NCBI GenBank assembly: GCA_964245475.1
Contig: CAXTNG010000004.1
Coordinates: forward strand, 1 to 36,745
Direction: 5' to 3'
DNA length: 36,745 bases
Source of the DNA: an uncultured Sphingomonas sp.
Lineage (GTDB): Bacteria; Pseudomonadota; Alphaproteobacteria; Sphingomonadales; Sphingomonadaceae
Below are positions 9,888 to 18,816 of the stretch, piece by piece. The position numbers and the translations under genes are program-made. How positions within the stretch are numbered: the stretch's first letter is position 1; every line of letters begins with the position of its first letter. The notes below the pieces were generated by a model. It worked only from the letters and a program-made list of their open reading frames with translations. It made no database searches and had not been told where the DNA came from.

Positions 9888-11029
9888 CGCAGCCCCGCGC
9901 GCGCGCGCAGATATTCGGCAAAGCCCAGGAACAGGTGATACAGGCTGCTCGCCGGGATCGTGTCGACGAGCGGGGCGCCATCGGCCCCGCGGCGATCGAT
10001 CCAGCCGCCCGGGACGGCGTCGTCGAGGAACGTCGCGAACGTCTCGGCGACGATTGCGTCGGCCAGCGGGGCGAGCGGCCGCCGGTCGGCCTCGGCGATT
10101 GCGACCTCCGCCTTGACCGCCTCGGTCTGCGGCCAAGTGCGTATCGCGCCGCTGCGCACGCGACCGTCGGGCCAGAGCTCGTCGCACAGCAGCGCCGACC
10201 CGTTCGGTCGTCCATGCGCCCGGGCGAAGGCGAACAGCGTCCGCGCCTCGTCGGCGAGCGGGCGGCCCGACAGGTCCGCGTGCCATTTCAGCAGCCATGC
10301 CCACTCGCAATGGTGTCCCGGCTCGATCGGACTGTCGGTGATGGGCTGCCAGTCTGCACCGAAGAACTCGGGCAGCACGCCCCGGCCTCGGTCGAACAAC
10401 CGTGTCCGGAACAGCGTGTCCAGCTCGTCCGCCAGCGACAGGAAGGCGGCGTCGCCGGTCGCCTCGAACGCGGCCAGCACCGCCTCGAACAGGTGCATGT
10501 GCGGGTTCTGCGATCGCTCCAGCCCGCCCGCAGCGTCGTTCCGATAACCTTCGCCCGAGGGATGGCGAAGGTGACGCTCGATCGCGCGGCGCACCGCGTC
10601 GATGGCGTCGCGGACGTCGGTGCGTCCCGTCGCCTTGAGGTACCAGCTGAACGCGAACAGCACGAAGGCGTGGTCGTAGGTGTCGCGCCGGTCGTCGACC
10701 ACCCGGCCGAACCGGTCGAGCGCGTGGACGAACCCGTGATCGGCCCCCTCGGGACAGGCGTGGCGGAGGAGAAACTCGTAGCCGCGGGTCGCCACCGCGT
10801 CGCCGTCCGGCGCGAGGCCGAGGAGTTTGGCGTGCGAGAAGACGTAGATCTGCCGGGCCTGGACCCGCACCCGCTTGGCGACGTCCCGGTCGGGCGTTCC
10901 GTCCAGCCGCAGCCGCTCGGTGAAGCCGCCGTCCGCCGGATCGACGCCCGCGTCCGACCAGAGCGGCAGCGCCCGGTCAGTCAGCCAGGAACGCGCGCGG
11001 GCGGCCGTTTCTCCGTCGATCGCGGTCAT
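9869..11029 (-). CDS. AGE-family (N-acylglucosamine 2-epimerase superfamily) sugar isomerase/epimerase
   Basis: LPLW..G.D..GGFTERL, RVRVQARQIYVF, DTYDHAFVLFA, QNPHMHLFEA, EPGHHCEWAWLL, WPQTEAVKA, ASSLYHL. ATG at 11029 overlaps the gmhB stop. Confidence 0.88.
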   Translation of the reverse strand: MTAIDGETAARARSWLTDRALPLWSDAGVDPADGGFTERLRLDGTPDRDVAKRVRVQARQIYVFSHAKLLGLAPDGDAVATRGYEFLLRHACPEGADHGFVHALDRFGRVVDDRRDTYDHAFVLFAFSWYLKATGRTDVRDAIDAVRRAIERHLRHPSGEGYRNDAAGGLERSQNPHMHLFEAVLAAFEATGDAAFLSLADELDTLFRTRLFDRGRGVLPEFFGADWQPITDSPIEPGHHCEWAWLLKWHADLSGRPLADEARTLFAFARAHGRPNGSALLCDELWPDGRVRSGAIRTWPQTEAVKAEVAIAEADRRPLAPLADAIVAETFATFLDDAVPGGWIDRRGADGAPLVDTIPASSLYHLFLGFAEYLRARAGLRCGSTA

Positions 11030-11559
11030 GCGGCGGACGCGGGGGCTTGGTCGTCCAGCGCGCGCCGGACCAGCGCCCCGACATCGCCGCCGTCGAACAG
11101 GTAGCCGGCGATCCCGGCCCCCGCGGCGGCGTCGACGTCGGTCTGCTTGTCGCCGACCAGGAAGGAGCGCGTCGGGTCGGCCCGCCATTGCGCCAGCAGG
11201 TCGAGGATCATGCCCGGTTCCGGCTTGCGGCAGTCGCAGGCGCGCCGATAGGCCGCGACGGCCGCGTCCGGGTGGTGCGGGCAGTGGCGCACCGCGTCGA
11301 TCCGCGCCCCCGCCGCGGCGAGCCGGTCGACCATGTGGGCGTGGAGGCGGACCACCGCGTCCTCCGGGAAATATCCCCGCGCGATCCCCGACTGGTTGGT
11401 CACCACGAACACCAGATAGCCGGCGTCGTTGCAGCGCCTGATCGCGGCCGCGATCCCCTCGACCAGCACGAAGTCGGCGGGATCGTGAACGTAGCCGCTG
11501 TCCTGGTTGATGACGCCGTCCCGATCGAAGAACGCCGCCGGTCTGCCGCTGCTGGTCAC
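11026..11559 (-). CDS. gmhB: D,D-heptose 1,7-bisphosphate phosphatase (HAD IIIA)
   Basis: FFDRDGVINQD, VVTNQSGIARG, CPHHP..CDCRKPEPGM, VGDK.TD. Confidence 0.9.
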   Translation of the reverse strand: MTSSGRPAAFFDRDGVINQDSGYVHDPADFVLVEGIAAAIRRCNDAGYLVFVVTNQSGIARGYFPEDAVVRLHAHMVDRLAAAGARIDAVRHCPHHPDAAVAAYRRACDCRKPEPGMILDLLAQWRADPTRSFLVGDKQTDVDAAAGAGIAGYLFDGGDVGALVRRALDDQAPASAA

Positions 11560-11782
11560 GCGCGTCCCGCCCTACCTGTCCGGCGGTCCTTAGGAGGGCG
11601 GGTGGGGAGAGACAATCCCTGCGACCGGTCCCCCGGCCGCATCGCCGACCGCCTCCTTGGCGAGCGGCCGGTGCCTCATTGATGCTCAACCGCGTCTGCC
11701 GGTAAGGGGTGGGAAACGGCCCGTTCCGGCGGAAGCGTCGTCGTGCCTCCGCCCGATATCCGGCGATTCGAAGGAGAAGCTG

Positions 11783-12919
11783 TTGTTCAAGGACGCCTAC
11801 CGAAATCGCACGGTGCTCGTGACCGGTCATACCGGCTTCAAGGGGTCGTGGCTCACGCTCTGGCTCCTCCGTCTCGGCGCTCGCGTGGTCGGCTATTCGC
11901 TCCCGCCGCCTACCGAGCCCAGCCTGTTCGATCGCGCGGGCCTTGCAGCGGAGATTGAGCACCACCTTGCCGACATCCGCGACGTGCCGGCACTCGAGCG
12001 CGCCGTGCGCGATGCCGAGCCCGATTTCGTCTTCCACCTCGCCGCCCAGCCGCTGGTCCTGGACAGCTACGGCACGCCCGCGGAAACGTTCAACATCAAC
12101 GTCATGGGCTCGATCAACGTCATGGAGGCGGTGCGCCTGGCCGGCCGCCCGGCAGCCGTCGTGATGGTCACCACCGACAAGGTCTACCAGAACCGCGAAT
12201 GGCCGTTCGGGTATCGCGAGACCGACCCGCTCGGCGGCCACGATCCCTACAGTGCCAGCAAGGCGGCAATGGAGGTGGCCATCGCCTCGTGGCGGAACTC
12301 CTTCTTCCCGCCCGCCGGGGCGGCCGAGCACGGCATCCGCCTGGCCTCCGCGCGCGCCGGCAACGTCGTGGGCGGCGGCGACTGGTCGGACAACCGCATC
12401 GTTCCCGATCTCGCGCGCGCGCTCGCCGCCGGCCGGCCCGCAGGCCTGCGCAACCCCGGCGCGCTGAGGCCCTGGCAGCACGTGCTGGAGCCGCTCGCGG
12501 GTTATCTCCAGCTCGGCGCCAGCCTGGCGGGAGAGGGCGGCGGCGCCTATGCCGACGCCTGGAACTTCGGCCCCGCGCCCACCGATGTGCGCACCGTGGG
12601 TGACCTCGCCGAGGCGATGGCCCGCGCCTGGGGAACCGCCGGCTGGGTCGATGCCAGCGACGCCGGCGCGCAGCACGAGGCGGGCATCCTGAAGCTTGGC
12701 ATCGACAAGGCGGTGGGCGGGCTCGGCTGGCGGCCGGTGTGGGATTTCGACGCGCTCGTCGCGCGAACCGCCTGGTGGTACAAGGCCGTCCTCGACGACG
12801 CTCACGCGGCGCGCGCCGCCACCGAGGCCGACCTGGACGCCTACATCCACGATGCGGTGCGGCTCGGTATCGACTGGAGTGGCGACGCCCCGGGCTCCGG
12901 ACGAGGTCAACACCAGTAG
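11783..12919 (+). CDS. rfbG: CDP-glucose 4,6-dehydratase
   Basis: VTGHTGFKGSWL, FHLAAQPLV, TTDKVY, LGGHDPYSASK, ARAGNVVGGGDWS..RIVPD, RPWQHVLEPL.GYL, AWNFGP. TTG start at 11783 follows AAGGAG. Confidence 0.95.
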   Translation: MFKDAYRNRTVLVTGHTGFKGSWLTLWLLRLGARVVGYSLPPPTEPSLFDRAGLAAEIEHHLADIRDVPALERAVRDAEPDFVFHLAAQPLVLDSYGTPAETFNINVMGSINVMEAVRLAGRPAAVVMVTTDKVYQNREWPFGYRETDPLGGHDPYSASKAAMEVAIASWRNSFFPPAGAAEHGIRLASARAGNVVGGGDWSDNRIVPDLARALAAGRPAGLRNPGALRPWQHVLEPLAGYLQLGASLAGEGGGAYADAWNFGPAPTDVRTVGDLAEAMARAWGTAGWVDASDAGAQHEAGILKLGIDKAVGGLGWRPVWDFDALVARTAWWYKAVLDDAHAARAATEADLDAYIHDAVRLGIDWSGDAPGSGRGQHQ

Positions 12920-13478
12920 GTGAGGGTAGTGGTGAGCGACGGCGGAGAGACAGTCTCACACCAGCCCGCCTCGGCGGGTGCTGCGTCGGCTTCACATTCT
13001 GAGACTGTCGCCAGGGCGGTGTTCTGGCGGCCTGCAACGCCAAGCAGGCCGGCTTTCCCGTCGTCATGCTGGAGATGAACGGCGAGTGCGTCGATCTGAT
13101 GAACCGCGCGGTTATGCGTTCCGTGCAGACCACCGATCCTGCGCCAATGGCTGCATCAGACTACAAACGGCACGGACAGGGCGCTTCACGATCGGGAAGG
13201 GTGGAACTTCCATTTCCGGCGTCACTTCCCGATCAAGTGATTCCCTTCTCGATCGTGTGGAACACGCTGGGCAAGCGCGCTCAGGAGAAGCATCGCCGCA
13301 GCGAACAGGACGGAGCCGCCTTCACGGTCGTCATGGGGAGACCGGTTGCTTTGTAAGGGACATCGCATCCTTGTCGGTGCCGACCGCGCGAACAGGTGCG
13401 GTCCGGTCCGGTCATCGATGCCTCACACGGACGAAACCTTGGATCAGTTCGGACGCCCGACCGCCGGTCGTTCGCGCG

Positions 13479-14288
13479 TCAGGCCCGGACGTCCCGGTAC
13501 AGCCCGAGCCGGCGCCGTGCCGAGCTGGCCCATAGCCGCAGCTTCATCAGCAGCGTCGACCGGTTCCCTTCCCACATCAGGTGGATCGCCGGCGACACGC
13601 TGGCGAATCCCAGCCCCAGCCGGCCGGCGAGCTGCGCCAGCGCGTCCCGGGAAAACAACGAGATGTGGCCGTTGCGCGGCGCCGCGTACCACCAGCGGTC
13701 CAGCCCCTCGCCGACCTCGCCGTCGGAGGTGAGGGTGCTGATCATGAACACCGCCTTCCCGTTCGTGAGGCGCAGTGCTTCCTTCATCGAGGCGAGCGGG
13801 TCGGGCGAGTGCTCGAACACCTCAAAGGCGGTGACCAGATTGTAGCGACCGCGATCCGCGGGGGTGACCTCGTCGGCGCCGAACGGGTCGAAACAGTCGA
13901 AATGCCAGCCGCGCGCGCGCATCAGCCGGGCGGTCTCGCCGCGGCCGCCGCCATAATCCAGCCCGACCGTGCCGCGACGGCCAAAGGTCGAGGCGATGAC
14001 GGCGACGTTGCCGCGCGGGCGCTCGGTCAGGAACTCGGGATCGGCCTCCAGATAGCCGTCATTGTAAATCTGTTCGGCAAAGTCCGCGGGGGAGTAGGCA
14101 CGAAATTCAGGCGCCCAGATGAACCCGCACCGTTCGCACCGCCGATAATCGATCATCCGGCCGGTCTCGCGTGTCGCGGCGGCACTGCAGGACTTGCCGA
14201 AATCAACCCTGCCGAACGGGACGCTGGACCCCTCGCAGATCGGGCAGGGGCAGGCCACGGCACCGGTGGACGTGTCGGTCATAGGCAT
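13479..14288 (-). CDS. Class I SAM-dependent methyltransferase, probably a glycan O-methyltransferase
   Basis: CPIC and CERC pairs, LDYGGGRG SAM motif, DPF, TAFEVFEH, WWYAAPRNGHISLFS. Confidence 0.82.
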   Translation of the reverse strand: MPMTDTSTGAVACPCPICEGSSVPFGRVDFGKSCSAAATRETGRMIDYRRCERCGFIWAPEFRAYSPADFAEQIYNDGYLEADPEFLTERPRGNVAVIASTFGRRGTVGLDYGGGRGETARLMRARGWHFDCFDPFGADEVTPADRGRYNLVTAFEVFEHSPDPLASMKEALRLTNGKAVFMISTLTSDGEVGEGLDRWWYAAPRNGHISLFSRDALAQLAGRLGLGFASVSPAIHLMWEGNRSTLLMKLRLWASSARRRLGLYRDVRA

Positions 14289-14353
14289 TGTGTTCCCCGA
14301 GACCCGGCGTTCCTACCGGGTCGCCGCTTCCTTCGCCACCGGTAAGAAGGTCG

Positions 14354-15469
14354 TCAACCGGGTGCCCGACGCTTGCGCCACAACGCCGTCAGCGGTGCCT
14401 CGACGCGATCGGCCACGGCTGCCCAGGAATGATGATGGGCGTAGGCGGAGACCGCATCGGTCCCCGGGCACCCGTGGGCCGTGATCGACGCAACGAACCG
14501 GTCGGCGTCGACCTCGGCCGGGACGAACGCCGACCAGGGCGGGGCGACGTCGCGATGAACCGGCAGGTCCGAGCAGATGACGGGAAGCCCGGCGCTGCCC
14601 GCCTCCACCAGGGGCATGTTGAAGCCTTCGGCGTGCGACAGCGAGGCGAAGGCCGCGGCGTGGTCATAGAGCCAGCGCAGCTGCCGGTCGCCCGCGTCGC
14701 GCAGCCACAGGAGGTCGCGCGGGTGTTGCCGCTCCAGCACCTCCAGCGTGCTGACCGAACCCTGCCAGCCGGGCCGGCCGGCGACGACGACCTGCCAGTG
14801 CCCCGCCAGGGCCGGCAGCAGCCGTTCCAGCGCTTCGTAGTTCTTGCGGGGCTCCACCGTGCCGACCATCAGCAGGACGGGCCGGCCGCCCAGCCCGGCC
14901 GGGGGCTCGCCGGCGAGTCCGTCGGCCAAGCCACTCGCACAGCCGGCGAAGCGCACATCTTCGCGGCCCAGCGTCTGGCGCAGGCGTTGCCGCGCATCCT
15001 CGCTGATCGTCAGGATCAGGTCGTAGCGGCTGAGCATCCAGTCTTCATAATGGCGGAACAGCAGCCGGCCCTTCCACGCCATCTGCGCGGCGCGTGTCCA
15101 GGGGAAGTCGTCGGCGATGATCCGGGCAATCGGGATCCGGCTGGCGCGCAGCGACGGGCTGGCGGGAAAGCCGCCGCATACCATCACCGCGCGGGCCCGG
15201 ACCGCCGCGGGGATACGCCAGTAGAGCCCGAGCCATCCGGCAGCCACCGCCCCGACTTCCACCACGGGCAGATCGGGTGCGACGCGGGCGCGGTCGGCGA
15301 CCATTCCGATCACGTTGCCCGCGCGCCGCGCCGAGGCGGCAAAGGTGTTGAGAGCGACGCGCTCTACGCCAGTCGGCCGGTCCAGCCTGGTCGCCAGCAC
15401 CAAGTCATGGACGACGACCGGCTCGCTCGCGTCGGGGGACACGCGCAGCGCGGCCAGATCGACGCTCAT
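14354..15469 (-). CDS. Glycosyltransferase family 4
   Basis: TGVERV, VGTVEPRKN, EGFNMPLVEA (EX7E), SDLPVHRDV. ATG at 15469 overlaps the upstream stop. Confidence 0.88.
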   Translation of the reverse strand: MSVDLAALRVSPDASEPVVVHDLVLATRLDRPTGVERVALNTFAASARRAGNVIGMVADRARVAPDLPVVEVGAVAAGWLGLYWRIPAAVRARAVMVCGGFPASPSLRASRIPIARIIADDFPWTRAAQMAWKGRLLFRHYEDWMLSRYDLILTISEDARQRLRQTLGREDVRFAGCASGLADGLAGEPPAGLGGRPVLLMVGTVEPRKNYEALERLLPALAGHWQVVVAGRPGWQGSVSTLEVLERQHPRDLLWLRDAGDRQLRWLYDHAAAFASLSHAEGFNMPLVEAGSAGLPVICSDLPVHRDVAPPWSAFVPAEVDADRFVASITAHGCPGTDAVSAYAHHHSWAAVADRVEAPLTALWRKRRAPG

Positions 15470-16242
15470 CGCGGCAATTTCCGCGATTGCCGTGTTCGAC
15501 GCCACTCGCGCGCGGCGAGGAGAAAGAAGCGGCTATCGTTGACGATGTACCGCCGCCACAGCCGGCGCGGCTCGCGCGCGAGGCGATACGCCCATTCGAG
15601 GCCGGCACGCTGGAGAAAAGGCGGCGCGCGCCGCACCCGGCCGGCGGCGAAGTCAAAGGCGGCGCCGACCCCCAGCACGACGTCGCAGGCGAGCGCGTCC
15701 GCCCAGCGGCGCGCCCACTTCTCCTGCTTGGGCGTGCCGACCCCGATGAACAGGATGTCGGGCCGCGCCTCGGCGATGAGATCGACGATGCGGCGACACT
15801 CGTCCGGGTCGCGCTCGAAGCCGAGCGGCGGGGAATGGACGCCCTTCACGATCAGGCCGGGGTTGCGCTCCTGGAGCCGTGTCGCCGCGAGGGCGGCAAC
15901 GCCGGGGGCGGCGCCCAGCAGGAACAGCGACGCCCCCTGCCGCGCGGCAGCGGCGGATACCGAGAAGAGCAGGTCCGCGCCCGTGACACGCTTGGGCAGG
16001 CCCGGCGGGTGAAGGATCCGGCTGAGCCACACCAGCGGCATGCTGTCGCAGAACCGAAGGGAGGCTTCCTCGAAGGTCGCCCGCATCTCCAAATCCTGTT
16101 CCATCGTCACGATGTGGTCGACATTGGGGGTAACGATCAGTCCCTTGCGCCCCGATCCGACGAAGGAAACGATCTGCCGTGTCGCCTCGTCGCGCGTCGC
16201 CACCTCGAACGGCAGCCCGAACATCCACAAGCGGTCAGCCAT
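15466..16242 (-). CDS. WecB/TagA/CpsF family glycosyltransferase (GT26)
   Basis: VTPNVDH, DSMPLVW, RVTGADL, FLLG, FIGVGTPKQE, GVGAAFDF.AG.VRRAP, GLEWAYRL.REPRRLWRRY. Confidence 0.93.
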   Translation of the reverse strand: MADRLWMFGLPFEVATRDEATRQIVSFVGSGRKGLIVTPNVDHIVTMEQDLEMRATFEEASLRFCDSMPLVWLSRILHPPGLPKRVTGADLLFSVSAAAARQGASLFLLGAAPGVAALAATRLQERNPGLIVKGVHSPPLGFERDPDECRRIVDLIAEARPDILFIGVGTPKQEKWARRWADALACDVVLGVGAAFDFAAGRVRRAPPFLQRAGLEWAYRLAREPRRLWRRYIVNDSRFFLLAAREWRRTRQSRKLPR

Positions 16243-17569
16243 AGGCGAGAGCGGATCTGGTGGGGAAGGGGGACGCCCCGGGCGTTGCCGGGCCGGACAG
16301 CGCGACAAAGCTGCGCCGGCTCGCGAAGCCGGCCAGGAACCAGGCGAACCAGCCCGACGTGGTCGCGAAGAAGGCCGACGAGATCAGCGACAGGGTCAGA
16401 CCGCCGGCCAGCAGCACGACTGCGATGTAGGGCGTTCCCGATCCCGCCTTGGCACTGCGCTGATACAATCCCGCGAGGAAGATCAGCAGACACGCGAGCG
16501 ACACGCCGCCGAAAGAGAACAGCACGTTGAAGAAACCAGGCTCGAACAGGCTGTCCTTGCCGCTGAGCAGTGTGCCACCGATCAGCCCCGGCGCATCAAG
16601 AAACCCGTACACTTCCGACACCGACGAGATGTGGCCGGTGGTGGAGCTGTTTCCGAAGAACTGCGCGACGGACTCGCCGAAGACAAGAACGGCCGCGACT
16701 CCCAGCAGGGCGGTAGTGATCATGATCCAGAAGCCGCGCTGCCGAAAGACGAGAAAAATGGCGATGGCGATCGGTAGCACCAGCAGAATGGCCCGGGTCA
16801 GCGACCCGGCGATGACCAGCGCCACGAGCGAGCAGAGCAACAGGCGCTGCCGCGGGAACAGGCTCCAGGTGGGCGGCAGGAGGATCATTCCCGAATAGGC
16901 GAGCGCGAGCGGGTCGCCGAATGAGCCCACAAAGCGCGGGATCTGCGCGCCGTAGGTATCGTAGTAGAAGTTGCCGTGCAGACCGTCGATGACGTCGTCG
17001 GTGAAGCCTTTGATGTCGAGGATGAAGCCGGTGTAGTTCAGATAGTCCCGCCAGAACTCGACGGCCCCGAAGCGTAGGTTCAGGATCAGGAACACGCCCG
17101 CGCACGACAGGTAGCAGATCAGGTAGAGCTGGACCAGAAAACGGAGGTCGAAGGCGGCGCGGCGGCCGATCGCGGCACCGCCGAAATAGATCACGATGGG
17201 AAAAACATAGAGATAGAAGCGGGACCCGGCGTCATGGCCGGGGAATAGCACCAAGATGGCGAAGCTGAGCCCGGTCACGAGCGTGAGATAAGCGAGACCC
17301 GACCATTCGTAGCGCAGCACCGGCCTGCCATAGACGAGGTCGATCAGGAACACGCCGAAGGCGCCGGCGAACAGCGCGTATTTGACGTAGATAACCGCCA
17401 GCGACAGGCCGGGGTTGCGCATCTGCTCGTGGAGCCAGGCACCCATGACGTTGTCGAGCAAGGTCAGCAGGGTGATGGCGAGGAGCAGGAGTCGGACGCC
17501 GACCGATGTCTCGGCCGCGGCAACTCTCCGGAGGCGCGTCTCGCCTGTGCCCATGGCGAAGCGGTTCAC
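16235..17569 (-). CDS. Polytopic membrane protein, putative Wzy repeat-unit polymerase
   Basis: Roughly 10 or more hydrophobic segments, a periplasmic loop with RFVGSFGDPLALA, SLTRA, and a late loop His (STTGH). Lies among the GT genes. GTG at 17569 overlaps the upstream stop. Confidence 0.6.
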   Translation of the reverse strand: MNRFAMGTGETRLRRVAAAETSVGVRLLLLAITLLTLLDNVMGAWLHEQMRNPGLSLAVIYVKYALFAGAFGVFLIDLVYGRPVLRYEWSGLAYLTLVTGLSFAILVLFPGHDAGSRFYLYVFPIVIYFGGAAIGRRAAFDLRFLVQLYLICYLSCAGVFLILNLRFGAVEFWRDYLNYTGFILDIKGFTDDVIDGLHGNFYYDTYGAQIPRFVGSFGDPLALAYSGMILLPPTWSLFPRQRLLLCSLVALVIAGSLTRAILLVLPIAIAIFLVFRQRGFWIMITTALLGVAAVLVFGESVAQFFGNSSTTGHISSVSEVYGFLDAPGLIGGTLLSGKDSLFEPGFFNVLFSFGGVSLACLLIFLAGLYQRSAKAGSGTPYIAVVLLAGGLTLSLISSAFFATTSGWFAWFLAGFASRRSFVALSGPATPGASPFPTRSALAYG

Positions 17570-18807
17570 GGCGTCCGTTCCACCCGAAGATCGTCGATCC
17601 AGGGCCGCTGCTCGGCGTCGTCGTCCGATAGGCCAGGAATGATCCGAAGCCACTGGGCGCGGCATCCGGTGGGAACCGCGAACGCCGCCGCGACGCGGCG
17701 CGGCGCCACCGACGCGGCGACCGGCAGGCGGACCAGGTCGGTTGTCTCTTTCGGGACCGCGCAACGCAGCGTCACGGATGGACGGTCCGACGCCGCGGGC
17801 GAGGCATCGCCGGCGGCGAAGCTCAGGCGGTAACGCCCGGGTGCAAGCAGCACCAGTTGCTGGGCAAAGCTCTTGTCGTGGCTCCCCGACCCGGTCAGCA
17901 TCAGGGCGGTGCCGCTACTCACCGGTCCCAGAACCGCCGACAGCTCGTCGTTCTGGGTCAGCTCCCAGTCGAACGGAGCAAGGCCGATCGGGTGCTCGAA
18001 ATCCCCGTTCCGCACGCCGTCGGCGACGCTTGCTAACGGTTGAACCGACCGAAGCACGTTGAAGGCCAGTTCGGCTCGGCCCATGTCGACCAGCCGTTTC
18101 ATCACGGTTGTCAGGCGGGCTGCATCGTCTGGATCTGTGGCTCGCATGTGCATCGCGCGGGTCAGCAGAACTAGGTTGTCGGGACCGGGTGGAACGGTGA
18201 TCAGGCCGTTGAAATACTCGTCGCGCCAGGGCGGCCGGGTTTCGAGCAGCGTGGCGACACTGCGCGCCACGGCCGGCTCGGCGCTGGCGCCTTGGAGGAT
18301 CGGCATCAGTGCGCCGCGGGCCACGTCGCTGGTACGGAACAGCCGATCGTAGGATTGGAGCGCTCGGGGCACGTCGCCCTTTTCCACCGCGCGCTCGATG
18401 TACCACATCTGGGTCAGCGCGACGCGGCGCGACACCGACCGGCTATAGGCGAAAAGCGGCGCAACATCTCGGCTCGGCTGGCGAACCGCAATCGCGGTCG
18501 CCAGGGCCGCGGTCGCATCGCCCGATAGGGGAGAGCGCGCCAGCGCCCGGCGTGCCAGATCGACGACGCGTGGCGTGTCCACCGCTGTCGGGTCGGCTAC
18601 ACCCTGAACGGCCGCCCGTTCGAGCGCGGCGCCGTTGTTCGGATCCCACCGCAGCGCCGCGTCCGGGTTGGTCTTTGCGAGCACCGAGCCGAGCGTGAAG
18701 GTCGTGACGAACCACAGCACTACCAGTATCGCTAGGCCGACCACTACCCGGCCCGGCCAGTGTATCGCCCGGCCGAACGAGGATGGCACTGAGAGATTGA
18801 CGCGCAT
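17566..18807 (-). CDS. Membrane-anchored hypothetical protein (TPR-like helical region, C-terminal carbohydrate-binding-like domain)
   Basis: N-terminal TM helix, helical repeats (ARRALARSPL..A), and a C-terminal NGDFE..PFDW..LAPGRYRLSF..C..QWL jelly-roll-like pattern. Directly downstream of wzc. Confidence 0.6.
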   Translation of the reverse strand: MRVNLSVPSSFGRAIHWPGRVVVGLAILVVLWFVTTFTLGSVLAKTNPDAALRWDPNNGAALERAAVQGVADPTAVDTPRVVDLARRALARSPLSGDATAALATAIAVRQPSRDVAPLFAYSRSVSRRVALTQMWYIERAVEKGDVPRALQSYDRLFRTSDVARGALMPILQGASAEPAVARSVATLLETRPPWRDEYFNGLITVPPGPDNLVLLTRAMHMRATDPDDAARLTTVMKRLVDMGRAELAFNVLRSVQPLASVADGVRNGDFEHPIGLAPFDWELTQNDELSAVLGPVSSGTALMLTGSGSHDKSFAQQLVLLAPGRYRLSFAAGDASPAASDRPSVTLRCAVPKETTDLVRLPVAASVAPRRVAAAFAVPTGCRAQWLRIIPGLSDDDAEQRPWIDDLRVERTP

Positions 18808-18816
18808 GGGTGGAGC

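Noticed and set aside
9896-9908. (CG)6 tract as a phase-variation switch
   Set aside because: It is short, encodes an ordinary LRARA stretch, and is expected by chance at this GC content.
9869-12913. 1014-aa ORF as a giant fusion protein
   Set aside because: Only the last 386 aa are AGE-like. The rest is antisense to rfbG and out of frame over gmhB, an artefact of high GC.
13003-13356. DNA methyltransferase or oxidoreductase remnant
   Set aside because: The resemblance (GGVLAACNAKQAGFPVVMLEMN) is too weak to call without a search.
14288-16012. Long antisense or alternate-frame ORFs (e.g. 574 aa here, 497 aa at 4480-5973, 566 aa at 8515-10215)
   Set aside because: They are Arg/Pro/Gly-rich shadows of well-supported genes, with no recognisable motifs.
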